DNA from: Octopus vulgaris
Taxonomy: Eukaryota
Direction of reading: 5' to 3'
NCBI GenBank assembly: GCA_951406725.2
Contig: OX597838.1
Location: forward strand, 1,302,001 to 1,366,000
Length of the DNA stretch: 64,000 bases
The notes below the pieces were generated by a model. It was not told the DNA's origin, made no database searches, and saw only the letters and a program-made list of their open reading frames with translations. Shown in pieces: positions 41,830 to 55,885 of this stretch. Every line of letters starts with the position of its first letter. The first letter of the stretch is position 1. Made by a program: the position numbers and the translations under genes.

Positions 41830-42824
41830 CTCTATAAAACATGACGTTGGGAAGGTAATAAAGTACATCTTGACTTTGTTCCACAGTGCAAGGCAGCAGT
41901 CAGAAAGGTCCTTTTGCTATAAAAAATCCTGACATGACTATTTTGAACTTTGGCCTCGGCTAAATGTAATTTAAAGTGAAACCAGTTCTTCTCCCATATT
42001 TTTTGTATCTTCATAACTGATTTCTTGAACTCACTCAGACTGGTATTATAATAAAAAAATGAATATCCTGAAATCTATCAGACATGTCACTGCGCAGCTC
42101 ATCCATGTGTGAACAGCACACTTAAATGCCATCTTCTGGTATGCACTTTTCCTTCTCCGATTCAGAGAGGCTCGGAAACTGAAAGAACTAACAACGGATT
42201 ATGTAAAATTTGAATAAAATTTGAACTTAAACAGAAACAGGGAGACGGCCGGTTTTACTTTGATAAGGTTGAACTTTGTGAATATATCTGTCGTATAAGA
42301 AATGTTTCATGGTTCATCACAGAGAATAGAATAAGAGTCTTGCAAGAATTCAACAACTGTTTTACACCTACAAGGCTCGTTCGTATTAGCTCGATTTGCT
42401 CGATAGTTTTTGCTTTTTCTTTTAAGAATATTATAGAACGGAAAATTTTCATAGATTGGAATTTAAATCCTAATCTCTACAGAAATTTATTGTTTCAAGA
42501 AAACATTGAATTTGACTTACTTTTAATTTTTACGATTATAGAATACAACTCGGGCTGTAACTTCTGAGCCCGAGTCAGGCGTGTGTGAAAACTGTCGAGA
42601 GAACGTCTGCTACGGATGGTATTTTTTGACACAGAACACCTCTAAGACGACCGCCAGACTCTGAACGAAAATAAATGAACTGCGACCAAGCTCAATAAAA
42701 GGAGCCCGAGTTATTGGCTGCAATGTGTGGGCAGAAATAACATCAGCTTGCAAATATACGTTCACTTTACTAAATTCATACTCGGACTAAGAGCGAACAA
42801 GCCCGAGTGACAGAGTCGCCACTG
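41830..42824 (-). mobile_element. One end of a hAT-like DNA transposon with subterminal repeats
   Basis: Terminus CAGTGGCG on minus at 42824; gcccgagt/actcgg motifs repeated near 42548, 42567, 42704, 42780 and 42801; decayed coding-like interior. Left limit approximate. Confidence 0.45.
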
Positions 42825-44399
42825 ATATATTTATTCTGTTATTTATTTCAGTCATTTGACTGCGTCCATGCTGGAGCACCGCCTTTAGTCGAGCAAATCG
42901 ACCCCAGGCCTTATTCTTTGTAAGCCTAGTACTTATTCTAACGGTTTCTCTTGCCTAACCGCTAAGTGACGGGGACGTAAACACACCAGGCCTATATATA
43001 TATATACATATGTACGTGCGTGTGTGTGTGTGTGTGTATGCGTGTGTGAATGGGTGTGTGTACACACACGCACACATACACATCCCTTTCATTTCGTTGT
43101 TGCTGTTGCTCTTGCAGGCATGACTTGTTATTGGCGTTGTTTTTGTCTGCGTCATCGTTTTGTCTTTCTTGGGAATACTCGAGGGAATTTCAGGAGCAGC
43201 TTCGCTAGTAAACTTCCCGCTTTTTATTTATTTTTGTTCTGTTCTTCAAGGCCCCTCCTCTATAGATCTTCCCACCAGCCACAGGGCGGTTTTTCGTCTT
43301 GTGAAAGCATCTAGAATATACGTGGAGCACTAAAAAGCACAGAAACATCAGTAGCGGACACAAATGTCCTCCAGCAGCGGCGGTGGAACTGCCAGATCAC
43401 TTTGTCATTGCGCATCTGCACGTCATCAGCCGAAGGTATACACTATCACCACATGCTTGCCGCACATCCCCGTACTGATATAAAGAAAAACAGTGAATAA
43501 TCGGTCACTGATGTCGCAAATAGCTGGCGCCTGGGTAAGAATGAATTATTTGCAACAATAGCAGTATTAGTACCGGATAACAGTTTTGATATCCTACCTA
43601 ACGTAGAATATTACTGCGACATTTGTCTTGTGAAAGCATCTTGTATAGACGAATAGTGCTAAACAGCACAGAAATATGAGTAGTTACGCATACACACATA
43701 CAAACTCTCTTTTATATATATTAAAGAATCATTCAATATGTACCAGCTGAGTATTGGGGTTGATCTAATCGACTTACGCCTCCCCCGACATTACTGGCCT
43801 TGTGTCAAAATTTGAAGTCTCTCTCAGTCAGTGAGGGAAATTCTAATGATATAAGAGGTTATTGTTGACAGGTTCCTGTACATTTTCTCGTCGATTTTAT
43901 AATCGAAAATCCATGCTAGTGGATTTTACTGCCTTTTCTTTTGAACTCATAAATACAGTAAGTACTTTATTAAACCACGATGCGTGTGGGTTTCATTTTA
44001 AGAACGTTAACTGAAATCTTATACAAGCTGATAAAAGTGTGTGCACAGTTTTCTTCAGTGCAAACACTTTACAGTGTGTGTGTGTGTGTATGTGTGAGAG
44101 AGAGAGAGAGAGAGAAGGCAACATGTGACTGTTCGTTATTTACCATTTCAATGATGCTCTTAATACCTCTGAATAGAAAATGTGGCTACATTTCCAGAGT
44201 AATTATGTTGTTTTCAACTAGTTCTCTTTACTCCCTGCCATTCTGTCAACCCACTTCACAACTTTTCTCCATTCAGATTGTCCTGCCGCTCACCTCTCCC
44301 TCTCTCTCTCCTCCGTCTGTCAGTCGTCGGTGAATGTGGATAAAGCTAGAATAACCTGGATAAACACTCAGTGTAATGGATGTTGTTGTACTGAAGGTT

Positions 44400-45660
44400 A
44401 AAACTGGAGACTGATGGCAGTGGTTGGGGGAAGGGTGTGGTGGGGTGAGAGTATTGATGGGTGGAGGTATTGAAGGGGTGGAGGTAATGATGGAGTGACA
44501 GTTGTTGTGTTGTTGGTGGTGTGTGTCTCTGAAAACCAGAACTTGAATTTTTTCTTCACAAACAAATGTTTTCTGTTAAAACACACTTCTCACGTAACAG
44601 TACTTTTATATATGTATATATTTGCGTATGTATGTATGTACATATGTTTGTATTTGTGCCTGTGTGTACGTACGTATGTATATGTGTGTGTGTGTGAGTG
44701 TGTGTACGTATATATGTATATCTGTCTGTATGCATGTATGTATACGTATTTCTTCTATTTTTGAATATTTGAAGTCTTCTTATAAGGAAGGAGCTAGTTT
44801 CTAACACAGATACAAATCTCCATCGTTGGAATGTAGATAAGAAAAACAATGTCACATTTCGAACTTAAGAAAAGTCCTGCATATTTTTTACTGTTCCACT
44901 TACAGATTGTGTTCGTAATGTGTGAGTCAGTTAGTTGATTTCTATTTCTAAAACCCTAGCTTATCCAGATTATCACTTATGCATTTACTAACACAACCAA
45001 ATGCACCAATTATTATTGGTATAAATGTGAATTTATGATCTGAGTACATAAGCTGCAGGTTTCGAAGCAGTTGTCTGTAGTTATCCTATTTCATTTCGAT
45101 TTTCGAAGAGATATCCACATCAACAGGGCACTTCATCCTTATGACGGTACGACGGTGTTCTGAAAAGTTCCTGGCCTTGGGTAAAAGAAAATACAGGAGG
45201 ATCAATAAATTATGATTTTATCCAATATATTCCCCTCTCAGATTCACATACATATTGCAGCAGCCCTTCAGCATTTTAAGCCCTGTAAAAGAACTCGGAA
45301 GGTTGGCCTCCAGCCAGGCCTTTCGTGATACCCTTAAAGCCAGTGACTCCTCGTACATACTTTTTTCTTTTTTATCTTAAATATCTATATCCATCTTGTT
45401 ATGTTTGCACTTGACAAATGTTTTGATGGGTATGTCCCACTAATATTTCTTGCGTTGATGTTCAAAAACTATAGGATTCTGTAGATTTATCCCAAGATTA
45501 TTAATTATTTATTCTTTTTTTTATGGACGGCATTGAATATAGTTTTAGCGACGACGTCGTGCCGCATTGGGAAGGATGTAGGACTTCCATGAGATTTTTG
45601 GGACAGTTCATATCTCATGTGTGATGTCATCCGCAGAAATGTGACATAATCGACATATAT
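44400..45660 (+). repeat. Segment with diverged second copies near 47860-48350 and 49710-50055
   Basis: 44520-44610 aligns with 47988-48088; 45541-45657 with 48242-48350; 45040-45120 with 49975-50055. Confidence 0.65.
45150..45353 (+). mobile_element. Mariner-derived MITE
   Basis: TA|cgacggtgttctgaaaagttcctggc...gccagtgactcctcg|TA; a second copy lies at 59178-59376. Confidence 0.8.
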
Positions 45661-45811
45661 GTACGTTTGTATGTATGTATGTATGTATGTATGTATGTAT
45701 GTATGTATGTATGTATGTATGTATGCATGCATGCATGTATGTATGTATGTATGTATGTATGTATGTATGTATGTATGTATGTATGTATGTATGTATGGAT
45801 GGATGTATAAA

Positions 45812-47517
45812 TATGCATGGACTCTCTAATACATAATTTACATACACGCGTAATTGTGTTGCATGGGGGAACGGGGCTTCTGCTATTACAGGCCAAGATA
45901 ATGAGTGTTGTATACTCTCCATTTTAAGTTCTTTTATATGCGTAGTTAACGTTATAGAAAATTTATATTTTACGTTAGTAAACGAATTCAAATGGGCCCT
46001 ATAACGACGTTTAAAGTCTATAGTACTTCCTGTATAAACTCTAACCCTCTGTGTGACAGGGATTTCTTCAGAACACCTATACACTACATTACTACGTAAA
46101 CAGATCCGGCTAGCAGACACGACTCCTTAATGTTTTTTTCCTCCCCGCATCGACATAATTTTCCGATTACTAGAAGTTAAATCATCCTCGACTGTCAGGG
46201 GGTGACTTGGCGTAATATTGACATTAGAGCTAGTATCAGTTTTGGATTTATAAAATTCATTATAAAGATTTGTGCGGATAGATTTCCTAAGTCTGAGTTT
46301 AGATCTATTAATGGAAGCTAAAATTGAATCTAAATTCGGAGTATTTTGAGTAAGATAATTTCACAGATAGGATAGTATTTATGGTTTTTAGGGAAATTTT
46401 CCTTCAGTATTTAAGAAAATAATTTGGGTAAAGATTTGACCTGAAGAGAGAAGGGCGGGGCAAACCATATAATTTCACGTTTCCTAGAATTTAAATGTCT
46501 GGTCTGATTAGATTGGTTGGAGATATAAGGTTTATATTTATGTGAATTCTTAAATGCCATGTTATTCATTCGGGCCTCATCCATGCACTGTTTTTCATAT
46601 GTTTAATTGATTTATCTAAATTGGAGGTCCATTACTAGTTTATGGGCCAGTTCCGTTCAAGATATTTGCAATTTTGGTCTTAAGAATTGTATCAGGGATG
46701 TAAAATATTTCTTTTTTTTTTTAAACCACTTAACTTTAGGGCTTGGTTATAATAGGGAGCATGAGTATTGAATATCTCCTCATTCGCTGATAAATTTGAA
46801 ATTCTAATCGAGATAGCCGTTACCATACCATTGAGGGTTGATCTAGGATGATTAAAGAGAACATTTAGGTACTGAAGAGTTTGGTTAGGTTTTCTATATA
46901 GATAATGAAGATTAGTGTTAAGATTAAGTCTAAAAAATTAGCTATCTTATTATCTGTTTCAAACACTATAATTAAATTATAATTTTAAAAAATCCATTAA
47001 ATATTTCTTAGTACGTTCAATCTCCGGACGGGATAAATTTTTAGTTACCAAAAGTGCGTCGTCTCTATAGAGACCCCGGAATATGTTAGGAAACTGTTGC
47101 TTAATTTTTGAGAGAAGAATCAGTCCCACAAGGTCTGTTATTTGGGCTGAATCCGAAAAGCCCATTAAGGTATCAAAAAGGTCCACGTTAGTATTTCGGG
47201 TTCAATTTTTATCATTAAAATTCATAAGGGCTTTTTCTAGCAGCCAAGATTATATCTATATGAGATGCAGAAATGATTGTATAGTTTTGAGAAAATGATA
47301 ATGCTTCATTCAGTAAATTAGGTGTTATTGAAGCGTAATAATCCGAGATATCGAATTCGATGAAATTAATATGATGTGTGTCCTCGAGGGAATGAAACCA
47401 TGTAATTACGTCGCTGATAGAGTTCCAAAGAGGAGTTCTACATTTTTTAAAATTCGGGGTAACACTCTATCTAAAATTGTTTTACTGATCTTGCCAAAGT
47501 CTGATTTTGCAAGATTT
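45812..47517 (-). mobile_element. Decayed Penelope-like element (RT plus C-terminal GIY-YIG endonuclease)
   Basis: AKSDFGKISK, FDISDYYASI, FDTLMGFSDSAQITDLVG, GLYRDD, then NVVYRC..VYTGST..FKRRYRAH and CKLC; multiple stops and frameshifts; bounded by microsatellites. Confidence 0.85.
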
Positions 47518-48090
47518 CAGTTTATATATACGTTTATATATATATGTATGTATGTGTGCATGCATATTTGTGTGCCTGTGTTTGTCCCCAACCATCGCTT
47601 GATAACCGATGCTGGTGTGTTCACGTCCCCGTAACTTACCGGTTCGGTAAAGGAGACCGATAGTATAACTACTGGGCTTACAAAGAATAAGTCCTGAGGG
47701 TCGATTTGTTCGACTGAAGGCAGTGTTCCAGCATGGTCGCAGTCAAATGACTGAAACAAATAAAAGAATATATTTATATATGTACATACAAGTGTATGCG
47801 TGTGTGTGTGTGCGTGTGTATGTATATGTGCATGAATATGGAAGTTGTTGTAGTGAAGAGTTACACTGAAGACTAATGGTAGTGATAGGAGGAAGGTAGT
47901 GGGTAGAAGCAATGATGGTGTGACAGTTGTGGTGGTGGTGGTGTGACAGTTGTAGTGGTGGTGGTGTGACAGTTGTGGTGGTGGTGGTGTGAGCCTCTGA
48001 AACCAGGAACTTAATTTTTCTTCACAAACGCAAATGTTTTCAATTAAAATACATTTCTCGCGTAACAGAGTCCTTTTGTATGTGCATTTA

Positions 48091-48245
48091 CGAGGTGGTA
48101 TCAAAAAGTTCCCGGACTAGTTCTGTAGCGCGCCAACAGGTGGTAGCACACAGTTACGTGCGCAGTACGTGCTACCAATAACCTTCATGAGGCAGTGTGC
48201 CGATTGATATCGCTGTGTTTACTTTGCAAATTATGAAAGTTTGTT
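48091..48245 (+). mobile_element. Left-end fragment of the same mariner family as 30023 and 58139
   Basis: TA|cgaggtggtatcaaaaagttcccggactagttctgtagcgcgccaacag. Confidence 0.85.
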
Positions 48246-48454
48246 TTAGCGACAACGTCGTGTCGCATTGGGAAGGAAATGGATTTTTGGGGCAGCTCAT
48301 ATCTCATGTGTAATGTAATGTCATCCGCAGAACTGTGACATAAACGACATGTATGTATGTACGAATGTATGTATGAATGTATGTACATATGTATGTATGT
48401 ATGTATATATGTATGTATGTATGTATGTGTATGCATATAAATGTAGGCATTTAT

Positions 48455-48512
<58 letters not shown>

Positions 48513-50304
48513 GAATGCGTATATATGTGGGTGTGTATATGTATATGTTTGTATATCTATGTATATGTATCTGCGTTTTTGTGTACGTATATAATTTCCA
48601 AATAAGTCAAGTTTGGTGCTGAGCCAGTTATAATTACTGGTATAAATGTAAAGCCACGTTCATAGATTGATGGTAACGCGATGACATTTTCAGACGGCCA
48701 CTTGTGACCCAAGTTAGTTATACGCTGCCGGTTCCAGAGCCTGCACCGGCTCTTACATATACATACGTGTTCTATCTCTGTTGTACATCAAGCATGTTGC
48801 TATGTCTTGTTTCCGGATTGCAAAATATATCTTCTTTAAAATGAAAACTAATATATCCAGGTTATTAATCCGAGATAGACTACTTTGCTTATTAATGGAC
48901 ATGACACTTGGAAACTATGACAACATAGCCATGCCCAACCTGCCCGACCTGTCGATAAACAGAAAGCCTTGCATGGTGAAGGTATGCAACTTCTCTATGT
49001 ATGCATGTATGTATGGATGGATTGATGGATGCATGTATGCATGCATGGATATATGCATGCATACATACATGCATGCATGCATCCATGCATGTATGTATGT
49101 ATGTATGTATGTATGTATGTATGTACGTATGTATGTATGCATGTATGTGTGTGTGTGTGTATATATGTATGTATGTATGTATGTATACATCCCTGCTGTA
49201 CTCTTTCACCACAACTTTCTCTCACTCTTACTTCCTGTTTCTGTTGTGCCTGTATTTCAAAGAGCCGGCCTTGTCACTCTCTGTGTCACGCTGAATATCC
49301 CCGAGAACTACGTTAAGGGTACACGTGTCTGTGGAGTGCTCAGCCACTTACACGTTAATTTCACGAGCAGGCTGTTCCGTTGATTCGGATCAACCGGAAC
49401 CCTCATCGTCGTAACCGACGGAGTGCTTCCAATGTATGTATGTATGTATGTATGTATGTATGTATGTATGTATGTATGTATGTATGTATGTATGTGTGTA
49501 TGTATGTATATATGTGTGTATGTGTGTATGTATGTATGCATGTATGATGTGTACATGCATGTGAATTATCTTAAAATCGAACAGTATATGACTCAAGGGC
49601 AAACTCAATGACGACGACGACGATGATGATGATGGTGATGATGACGACGATGACAACGACGACATCAATGACGATAGTAATAATGTTGACGACGACGGCA
49701 ATACTGCTTTATTACTTGAATCCTTCCTCTAGAAAACGAGCTGATCTCTAATACAAAAACAAAGCGATATTTCTGGAATATAGATGATAAACCACTGAAT
49801 AATTTTATGCCGAACTTTAGAAAAGTCATGCTTAATTTCACTGTTCCTCTTAGAGAAACCTGTATTTGCGAAATGCAGTTGATCACATTCTTTGCTTGAC
49901 AAACCCCAGATTTTAGAGACTGTCACTGAGATATTTAATCAAGGATTATTATGACATAAATAAAGGTTTAAGAGGATATGTTTACTGTAGGTTTTCAAGC
50001 AGTTATCCGTAATTATCATTTTTACTGATTTTAGAAAATGAAAAACGTTCACATCTGTATGGCAGCTGATCTCTATAATTGTACATAATGTTTCTTCTGT
50101 GTAGCAATTATATTAGGCCTGGTGCGTTGGCACCCGACAAAGGTTTTGATGGGATTGTTCTAACGTTATTCCTTGTTTTTATTTATATGTGCTTTTAACA
50201 GTTGAAGTATTTTTATTTATATATATCTCAGGCCATCCGTTCCTATAAATAACGTTGTTATTTTTAGCAATAATATATGTTGCATTGGAAGATTGCACCT
50301 TTAA

Positions 50305-52409
50305 CTCTTTATTGCCCATAGTTGCCATATGGCAACTGAAAAAGTTATGGTCTGTAAAATATCACAAATTGTTTCCATTATTGGATGGATTGTGTAATCG
50401 GAATCTCCCATGATGCTTTTCATTCTTGAGCATAACAAGATGGCGGCTGCGAGCCTGTGTGGGCCTGGAAAACTAGTGCAGTCAACCTTGGTATTTTATA
50501 TCAACACAAAGTTTATGTTTCTTGATAGATTACTGTTATACAGGGTAAAGTTAGTACTTACGTATTAAATACTTGTCATGTTGAGCAACAAATATAATGA
50601 GGGTGATAGGAGAAGGCTATTCTTTTAGTTGCCATATGGCAACTTTGGACTTTAAGAGTTATGCTTTACTACAAAAACAAATGTAATGCCTGGTCATGTT
50701 ATTGGCCTTTTACGTTTATATAGGTATGTGAAATGTGTTGTAAGTTGCTTATAGTGAGGCCTACTACCCAGGGGAAGGCGGAGGGTTTGTTTGTAATTCC
50801 CCACCTTACAACATTACTATTCGACTCTATCGTTCGAATCTATTTGAACTCTGACCCTTGTCACGTAGCAATCAAAGCTTGGTTTTGTCTCCTTCGTGTC
50901 ATTATATTTACTTTTTTTTTCACTTAGGAAAATGACGCATCGACTTCAAAGGAGAGCGCGGACTCGTTACACAACAGAAGAGGATCTTTAGTCTATTCTC
51001 TCTGGTGACGAAGACTCAGATACAGATGAGTTGCCGGATTCAGAAGAAGATGCCACACTTGAAATCACAAAGTAGATTTCTACTTGTGAGAACGACGGGG
51101 ATGAGCAGAATACGATTGGTGAAGACGTAGATGTTATGAATTTTGGCAACCGTTCTATATCACAGTCAGACCCACAAATTGCTTGTCCCAGTACTGCAGA
51201 TGATCCAGTCTCTAATAATCTTCTCAGTGGTTTCTGTGTACTTCATCAACGTCAATCAGCTGTTTCACTGGTCTCCACAGACGCTTCTAGCTCCGTCGAT
51301 ATTACAGATTCAAATTCAGCTGAGAAACCTGAATCTGAGTCTTTCGAATCATATAGTGATTCAGATGTTGATCATATTGCCATAGAAGATTCATCGAAAA
51401 AGCATAAACTCCGTTGGAATATGGAACCACCGAAACGGACCACAGAATTTCGAGGAGAGTCATTTTCTTTGCCACCATATGATTTTGATTAGCTTTCATC
51501 ATACGATCCGTTCTTCCAATTTTGGTCCAGTAATATAACAGGGCTTCTTGTAGAACAAACTAACTTGTACAGTGTGCTGAAAAACGCAAGTCTTTGAACA
51601 CCAATTTTGTGGAGGTCGATCAATTTCTCAGCATTCATATGATGATCGGCACCGTTCGTATGCCTGCTTATATCTGTTACTGGTCCTAAGAAACGCACGT
51701 CAACATCATAGCTGATACAATATCCAAGAGCTGGTACAAGGCATTGCATGTTTAAATATTGTTGACAACACCCTTCAAGATCGATATAAAACAGACAGGT
51801 TGTTCAAGGTCCGTCCACTTTTAGAAATGGTTCGAGAAAACTGTTTGAAAGTCGAACAAGAGGAAGTCATTTCCATAGATGAGCAAATTATTCCTGCCAA
51901 AACTAAAAGGAACGGCATCCGCCAATATAATTCCCCAAAACCTGTAAAATGGGGCTTCAAGATATTTGTCTGAGCAGGAATTAGCGGAATGAGGTGTGAT
52001 TTTTTTTGTTATACAGTGGAAAAGGTAGTGCACGTGCCGAAAATTGTAGGTGACGTAATCATCATCGTCATTTATAGAACCATCAGGTCCAAACGTTACA
52101 TTTTCCCACCTTTTCCGTGTTCATTTTGGCCGTAAAACGTTCTTTAGTCGCAAGTTATAAAGCAGGTCGCGGTAATTAGGGACAGAAGAGAGCAGAAAAT
52201 GTTGCTGCGCCATGTACCGTATCCTGGTAAGAGCCATCATTTCTTTTACGTTCGGGTCCAAAGTTGCCATATGGCAACTAAAAACATCTAGATACCCGGA
52301 GAACTGAGGCAAAAACTTTTTGCAGCATTTTGATATATTTATCTAACAGATATTTTGAGCAAAGAAATAATTTTTTCACCAACTCCTTCTAAGGGTAGAC
52401 CGTAAAGGG
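50305..52409 (+). mobile_element. piggyBac transposon remnant
   Basis: TTAA|ctcttta ... taaaggg|TTAG ends; acidic N-terminus from ATG 50932; DRLFKVRPLLE..ISIDEQIIP..RQYNSPKPVKWGFKIF at ~51795-51970; stops and C-terminal deletion. Confidence 0.88.
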
Positions 52410-54975
52410 TTAGAGACATTTTGGACAGCTGCTTATCACAAATGTGACATTATTTCCGATCATTTCTTGAAAGTTGGAAAGCTTCAAAGTCTCTTGCCAA
52501 TTAGGTATTTTGTTATTGCCTCCTGCTCTTGCAATGCCGAAGCACAACACTCGGAATGTGACGTGATGTAAAGGCCAGAAGTACTAGAGAGGCTATAAGT
52601 CCTATCATAATAATGATTTCAAAATTTGGCACAAGGCCAGTAATTTGGCACAAGGCCAGTAATTGATTACATCGATCTCAGTGTTGAACAGGTACTTATT
52701 TCATCGATCCCGAACAGATGACAGGCAAAGTCGACTCCGAGAGAATTTGAAATCAGAACGTAAGGACGGACTAAAAGCTGCTCCCCATTTTGCCCGGCGT
52801 GCTAACGACGCTGCCAGCTCGCCGCTTTCAGTCCTGTCGAATATTAGCATCAGACATTTACCAACATAACTTTTGATCTTTGTGGAAGTAGGTTTCCTCA
52901 TGGGTCGCATGAATGTAAGTACTTCTCAGGGAATTCATTCTTAACTCGTAAGATCTTGTGTTCAGAGGTGATGTTCTTATATTCGCTGATGTTGTTTAGT
53001 AAAACTGCCCTTGGGATACTAGACGACTCTCAACGGTTGTTCTGACGGATTTAAGATATAAAGAACCCTTGCCATCTCTTCTTCTGAGAGGGAGTCTGTC
53101 AGTATTATCATCTCTGTAAAAGTTTCCAGTGGATATCAAAACATATACCCAAGTGTGTACATATATATATATATATATATATACCTCTATACGTACTTAT
53201 GCAGGTATGTGCATATGTATATATGTCATTATTCAGTTTTATTTCAAGATTTCTTGCCAATAGAGAAAGAGTCGGTTTGTAACCTAGATTCAAGACTCCT
53301 TCATTGGAATTTCGACATCAACAACAGGGTATTTTTGCTTGCATGTATGTATGTATGTATGTATGTATGTATGTATGTATGTATGTATGTATGTATGTGA
53401 GAATGTATAGTTATGACAGTGGTAGAAAAAGGTCCACGCTATCAACTGGATTAAAGTATCATTTTTGTTTTGTTGGTCATTAGCAAGCAATAGTATTTTT
53501 CGTTATTGATTCGATTTACTAGTAATTGTGTGTGTCTGAATGTATGCATTCTTAACACATGCATAGTATGGCCGAATAGTTAAGAAGTTCGCTTCATAAC
53601 CATAAGAGCCCTGGTTCGATCCCACCGTTTAGTATTCTGGGTAAATATAATTTCTTTTATAGACATGGATCGACTCATTTCTTAGAAGTGAAAAGGAGTT
53701 GAGAAAAACTGTACTGAAGCCTGTCGTGTAGATTGTACTTTTAATTGAAACCTTGTCACATATTGTGCCACTTTGATTCTGCATAATTATTATTTTAAGG
53801 GTTCACACGTTTTTGGAATACTCAGCAACTTTCACGTTAATTCAGGAGTGGATAAATCAGTTGGTCGAACGACTGAATCTGCATCATCGAACGACGGAGA
53901 TCCACTTATATATAACGCATGCGTTGGCTTCTCATCCTTTTTTATGTAACCATACTTAATGTTACACACACACACACACACACATGTACGTGTGTGTGTG
54001 CGTGTGTGTATGCCTGCATAAATGCACGTATGCGCATATATTCGAGAATGTGTCTGATATATGTGTGTGTGTGTGTACACACACACACGCACAAGTCAGA
54101 GTAAAGGAGGTGTGGTGACAGCAATGATTCCCTCCTCCCCCTTCGCCTTCTCCCCAACCCCCTACCATTATCATCCAGAAACATATTTCAAGTGATTAAT
54201 CAGTTGAATACATCAGATGAGGGCAATGCTATTTTCTCGTTCAACATTCCTCGTTGATATAGAAATATGTAGACATGCAGACAGACATATATGAAGAGAA
54301 GGGACTGTTGTTGTTGTTGTTGTTTAACTCAAGGAACCAGGCTTGTTTGAACTGGTCTATCAGCAACGGCAATCCATCCATGACCTACACTGGTGATAGA
54401 GTTGTTATTGATGGCGGTGATGTTGGCGATAGTAGTGATGATTGTAGTAGAAGCTGCAGTGTGAGTGTCGTTGAGAGGGTCGACGAGGAAAATGACAGAA
54501 GGATGAGGGTGGGGATAATGGGGGATGTGGAAGTTGTGTGGGTGAGGTTGGTGGAGGCAGTATTGGTAGTAGTGCTGGCAGTGGTTATAGCTGCGGTGGT
54601 GGTGCTGTTCTTATTGGTGTTGGTCGGGGATAATGATTGTTGTGGTAGTGATGGAGCTGATGGTGATGGTTATGATGGGTGTGGTGGTTATGTTGCTGCT
54701 GCTGCTGATGATGATTATGATGAGGGTGGCAATGGTAGTGGAACTGATCTTGGTGGTGGAAGTGGTGGCGGTTTGCATATTTCAAGCAACGAAATCGCAA
54801 GAAAGGAAACATTCCCAAACTAAAAAGTTCCCCACCCCACCACACACATGCATTCACCAACGCTCATAGTTAAATTATTGATTAAAGTCTGATTAAAAAA
54901 TAATTACGTAATGCAGAAAACTATAGTATAGTTTTATGCACTCTAAAGCAGATGTCTTTAAACTCTTTGACAAAG

Positions 54976-55195
54976 TCATTGAATGGCATTTCTCCAGCTG
55001 TAGGATGGAGAAGGCGTTGATCCGGAGGACAGCGAGGGTGATGCGCTAGAACAACCACTTTGACTCATGGGACTCGCATTTACGGACTGCAGTCTCCGCC
55101 TCGTTAGCGCTGAGCAAGGATATGATCCGAGTGGGAGATTCAAGAACGCCCGAGGTTTACACTGCCACAGGCTCGACCATAACAAGTGATATGGT
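54976..55195 (-). mobile_element. CRE-like non-LTR C-terminal fragment
   Basis: One frame reads EPVAV*TSG...ESKWLF*RITLAVLRINAFSI, resembling P.AVETLG...FL.QR.S.AV.RGNA. Confidence 0.5.
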
Positions 55196-55403
55196 GTCAT
55201 ATAAGCAGTGTTTTAAAGCTGATAAAACAGGATGGAAATAAGAAGTAGAGAGACGTTAGAAGGAGAAATACTGTGAATGGGCTGTAGGTGGGAGAGTAGA
55301 CGACGTAGGGAGAGGGCGGTGCGGAGAAGCGATTAATTTGACATTGAATGTGAGATGAAATTGGAGAATCGCGGATACTGAGGTGCAGAGGACGGAGGGG
55401 GTG

Positions 55404-55475
<72 letters not shown>

Positions 55476-55479
55476 TGAA

Positions 55480-55885
55480 CAGAACATCGACGGATTGAAG
55501 AATAAATAAACAACCTTGGTGGAAAAGGGGAATTTGGCCTGTTCTAAATGACAAAGAAATAAAAGCTACTTTATCGCCCATCCATAATAATCAAGGATTG
55601 GGGGCGGGGAATGTCTTCTCAGTGATAGACATTGCAGTCCCTTCTGCCCAAAAGAAGCGGAGGAATTTGTTAAAGTACAAAGAGCTCGAAATTGAAGAAT
55701 TCAAGGCATGGGACATGAAAGTGGAAACAACACCAGTAATAATTGGAGCATTAAGCACGATAAAAAAAACAAAAAAACTATATGAACAAAAACGTAGAAG
55801 CTATACCTAGATCTGCAACACTACACACTTTCCAAACAATAGCCCTACTAGGAACAGCTCACATCCTACGAAAGGCATTACCAAT
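55480..55885 (+). mobile_element. R4/Dong-like endonuclease-end fragment after (AAT)n
   Basis: VIDIAVP, KYKELEIE, WDMKVETTPVIIGALSTI and ALLGTAHILRKAL. Confidence 0.75.

Noticed and set aside
48781-49383. 200-aa ORF
   Set aside because: Runs through (TATG)n and a SINE; the unique first part has no recognisable motif.
54275-54823. 182-aa ORF with an apparent transmembrane segment
   Set aside because: Derived from degenerate (GGT/GAT)n low-complexity sequence; no splice or domain support.
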